Origin: Zygnema circumcarinatum SAG 698-1b
Taxonomy: Eukaryota; Plantae; Zygnematophyceae
Assembly (NCBI GenBank): GCA_037447605.1
Contig: CM074819.1
Coordinates: forward strand, 1,076,297-1,140,296
Length of the DNA stretch: 64,000 bases
Direction: 5' to 3'
Shown: piece by piece, positions 60,565 to 64,000 of the stretch
How positions within the stretch are numbered: the stretch's first letter is position 1
Layout of the letters: every line of letters begins with the position of its first letter
Program-made: the position numbers and the translations under genes
The notes under the pieces: generated by a model
What the model was told of the DNA's origin: nothing
The model's input: only the letters and a program-made list of their open reading frames with translations
Databases searched by the model: none

Positions 60565-61257
60565 TACATCATCTCTATCTCTTCCTCTCTCGCTCTCTCC
60601 TTCCTTCCCTCTCATTCTCTCCGCTCTCTCTCCCCTCGAAAAGCTTCATGGATTGCCTCCCCCATTTAGAGACATTCCGCTGCATTTTTCTATACTCGCA
60701 GGAGCGGCTGAGTAAGCCAGAAAAAAGATGGAAGCTGAGCACTATGGACCTCTATTCCCGAGCGAAGTGGTCTGAGTATAGCTACGCCAAAGATGTGATG
60801 TTCAGCTGCACTGACATCAAGCAGGTGCGCTCTCACTCTCTCTCTCCCCTCTCCCTCTCCCCTCTCCCTCTCCACTCTTCCCTACAAATCGTGAACGCTC
60901 TATACTGCATTATGGCTGGTGTTCCATGCGGCTTTTGTTACTGATTCTTGTATACCTGCTGCTGTTAGCTTACTATAAACTTTTCTTTTTTTTGGGGGTA
61001 TTCCTGACTTCCTTCCTTCCTTTTCGTACTGGTAAATCCGACCCTTGGTCTTTTTCTTTGTCTGTCAGGCCCCTTGGAATGTTGTTCCGGCGGATAACAA
61101 GAAAGCAGCCCGTCTGAATTGCATGTCTCATCTGCTGAGTCAATTCCCATATGAAGACCTCATTGTGCCAAATGACATTTCAATTCCTCCTCTGCAAGAA
61201 GAGAATTACGTCCGGCCACCCATCACCGACCAAAGCTTCGTTCCCGTTTTATTCTAA
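56970..61257 (+). CDS. ppk2: Polyphosphate kinase 2, class I-like; core exons 58402-58790, 59117-59156, 59303-59353, 59576-59709, 59852-59899, 60247-60390, 60702-60824, 61069-61257; 5' exons tentative
   Basis: [16 protein letters not shown], Walker [26 protein letters not shown], Walker [30 protein letters not shown] lid, [18 protein letters not shown]. All core introns are GT-AG and in phase. Confidence 0.95.
60406..60572. repeat. (CAT)n trinucleotide microsatellite in PPK2 intron
   Basis: About 55 imperfect CAT units between the donor at 60391 and the acceptor at 60701. Confidence 0.95.
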
Positions 61258-62870
61258 GAACGCAACTGCCACATTGGCTATAAGTCTGTTGGGTTTCGTT
61301 GGTTTTTAAGGGTCGAAGGGTTCAGGGGAGATTGGTTGGCTCGCTGTCATTGTGCATAACGGTGAACTGTAGAGTTTGACGGCAACATGGAACATGTTGC
61401 GGTCTTCAGATTGCGTCTATATAATCATGAAAGTACTTGTCAAAAAGTTCAAGAAAGAATGAACACTGTTGATAGACCCACGTACATAAAAAGGATCTGA
61501 AGGGTCTACAAAACCAAAGTGACAAGGCGACAGAAAATATTGTCTACTATTGTAGTCATACAGTGTGGTGCGCCTTTACCTGTTGGCTGAAGACCATAGT
61601 GAAAATTTCAGTTTCCAGAAAGATGGTTTGTCAAAAGTGAGGTTGGTTTGTGCCTCTGAGATTGTGAGGAAGACGAGCTTTGTGTCCGTCCTAAGGGGAG
61701 GATATCGTGGGGTCGGGAATGGGGCATACATGGATGCATCAATGTGGAGGCAGATGGGTCCATGTGGATCCCTCCTACTAATCGCTTGTCTTGACTGTAC
61801 CACACATCGAGCTGGAGAAAAATGGCATTGAACTTACGATGGCGAGGCCATCACATGTACATGGACAAAAGCAGCATGGGGAACCACGAAGAACTGGTCG
61901 CAAAGGACCTAAAGCACAAAAGAAAGAAGCTAAGAGCGGCTATCGAACTATTCGGGTCGCAATCCATTTGTGTTTCCTTGCACGGTTCTGGTTTTCATTT
62001 CTAGAGTTTCCCAGGGTTTTAGGGTTTTAAAGGTTTTGCGTTTGCTATTGACAAACTGTTCGGAATTTGGGAAATATTTTTTTAGAAGTTACTGTAGCTT
62101 ATTTCAGGCTGACGAGCGAATGCCATTCCTTCCCTGTCGACCTTCTCGTTCTATCCCTACAGCGAACCAATAATGTACAGACCAATACATTTCAGACGTA
62201 ACGCATACATAACCAAGACAACATCTTGTCACGAGAATTGAACTCAGAAACAATTTTACTCAGGAAAGATGCAGAAGCAATATCTGTCAAGCAGGGGATC
62301 AAATAGCTGCAGTATCAACAACCCTCAAGATTCATATCCGGTAGGCCCATTGCAAAACCCAGTGTGATTCAACACTGGTTAAATAGAGCGAGGGAGAAGA
62401 GAGGAGAGCACAGAGAGAGAGCATCAGGGCATGCGCGTAGGAAATGAATGGCTTGAAACGCCATATACACTTACAATAGAGTTCCAATACAATTGAAGAT
62501 CCTATTTCAAACATACGGTGCTGTTCCCAGTGAATCTGGCCGAGACTGGGGAAGGAACTCTGTACAAACGGCACTGCCTTCTGCCCTCCTGAGTGAACTG
62601 CAGTCCTTAGGACCGACAAGAACCTAAAACCCAAAAACTAGAAAGGAGGCAAAAGGGACGCAGGGAAAGTGTTTCTGCGCTCCAAATAACAGAAAAGCTG
62701 AGCGCGTTATCATAAAATAATGGGCGTTGACAAAAATCCTCCCGGTTCCGCTGCTCGGCGAAGAATCCTTCAATCATCAACCCTTGCAGCAAGTGTCTCC
62801 CTTCTTCATCCTCCATAGGAGGCCACCGGAGAAGCATTCACTCACCAACAACCGTACCGCCACCTTTCCC

Positions 62871-64000
62871 TTACTTCTCTGAGGAGGAGGGAAGCTCAAT
62901 TCCAGCTTCGGCATCATTCCTCCACCTTCGGTAGCTCACTCCCAGCTTATCATATCCCACAGGATGATTCCATACATTGGCTCCGCGATGCATGCGGTCC
63001 TGCTGCCCTAAAACCAGCCGCAGATCCTCTGCTAAAACCTGCCTCCAGAAACACCTTGCCTTAGTCAGTCTTCCTGACTACATGACATGTCATATCAACA
63101 TGCCAGATCATTAGTCAGACTTCCTGACTACATGACATGTCATATCAACATCCCATGTATCAGATCATTAGTCAGACTTCCTGACTACATGACAGACAAT
63201 ATCAACATGCCATGTGTCAGATCATGACATCATGACAAGTCATAGAGCTCATTGAATGAGAATTGGCGGGGGGAGGGGGAGGGGGAGGGGGACAGAGAGG
63301 GAGAGGGACAGGGAGAGAGAGTGAAAGGCTGATACATCAGGCAGTGGCATCACGCAAGCATCATGAGCAACACAGCATCATCCCTTCCCAGAACAAATGA
63401 TGGCTAAGATCGCATAACAAGCAGGGAGACTAAGTCCCCTCCTTCCTAAGCCAACTCCCCTCCTTCCCCTCCTTCCCACTCACCTCATTGGCTAAATGCT
63501 GCCACAAATGTTCGATGAAAGGCACAAACTTAGCCCAGCCAGCAAAGTCGAGTGCCATGCGATACAATAGGCGAGTCTTTCCCCGCGAAGAGGGCAGACA
63601 TGCATGCATTTGAAAGAGATGCTTTGAGCACTCCTGTGCACTTGTCCCCTCCAACTGCCCGGGCTTTGCCAGTCCAATGGTTGACAGGACCATGCATGGG
63701 GGTCTGAACTCCATATCGATCGGATATGGATCCCAGTGTCCATGGAGAGCAGCTGCAGCAGCCGTTTTGAAGCGGACCAAACTGCGTATAGAACAAAACA
63801 GAACGGAAAGGAACAAGCATAGACATGGATACAGAGTGTGAGAGTCAGCTAATGTTATGAACTGTTCAGAAAGAGTATGGTCAGGCAGCTTAGATTGATC
63901 TTGAAACGGTGAGTGAAGCTGGTTTTACCTTGGCACTACCCAGCCCTTTGCGAAAGTGCTGGTGTGAGTGAATGGAGCATGCGCTAAGTCCAACAGATTC
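62871..64000 (-). CDS. CAO: Chlorophyllide a oxygenase, 3' part (gene continues beyond window)
   Basis: [80 protein letters not shown]. Confidence 0.95.
63060..63225. repeat. Three tandem ~50-60 bp repeats in CAO intron
   Basis: TTAGTCAG(A/T)CTTCCTGACTACATGACA..ATATCAACAT occurs three times. Confidence 0.85.

Noticed and set aside
60391-60669. Poly-histidine tail on PPK2
   Set aside because: Lies in an intron; conserved PPK2 sequence resumes in frame at 60702.

Overview
Gene-dense, intron-rich nuclear DNA from a green plant-lineage eukaryote. The plant-type gene set, short GT-AG introns full of GA/CT tracts and TTT(T)AGGG motifs suggest a streptophyte alga (inference). Ten spliced genes could be reconstructed by hand: plastid-type GrpE (-), Deg9-like serine protease (-), Notchless (+), USB1 (-), diaminopimelate epimerase (+), HisIE (-), NDUFAF7/MidA-like methyltransferase (-), a secreted LRR + EGF-like protein (+), a bacterial-type class I polyphosphate kinase 2 (+) and the 3' part of chlorophyllide a oxygenase (-). 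Intergenic DNA holds a 960-bp higher-order satellite built on a 20-bp palindrome, an hAT-like element with an 8-bp TSD, other MITE-like repeats and microsatellites. The top findings are: (1) an intron-containing, probably organelle-targeted PPK2 in a plant-lineage genome; (2) a CCAAT-N9-CCACG composite element found at least 9 times exactly, often as convergent pairs, mostly upstream of genes; (3) the palindromic satellite; (4) a kinase-less, TM-less LRR-EGF protein. Most ORFs in the supplied track are artefacts of introns or repeats. Exon coordinates were derived manually.
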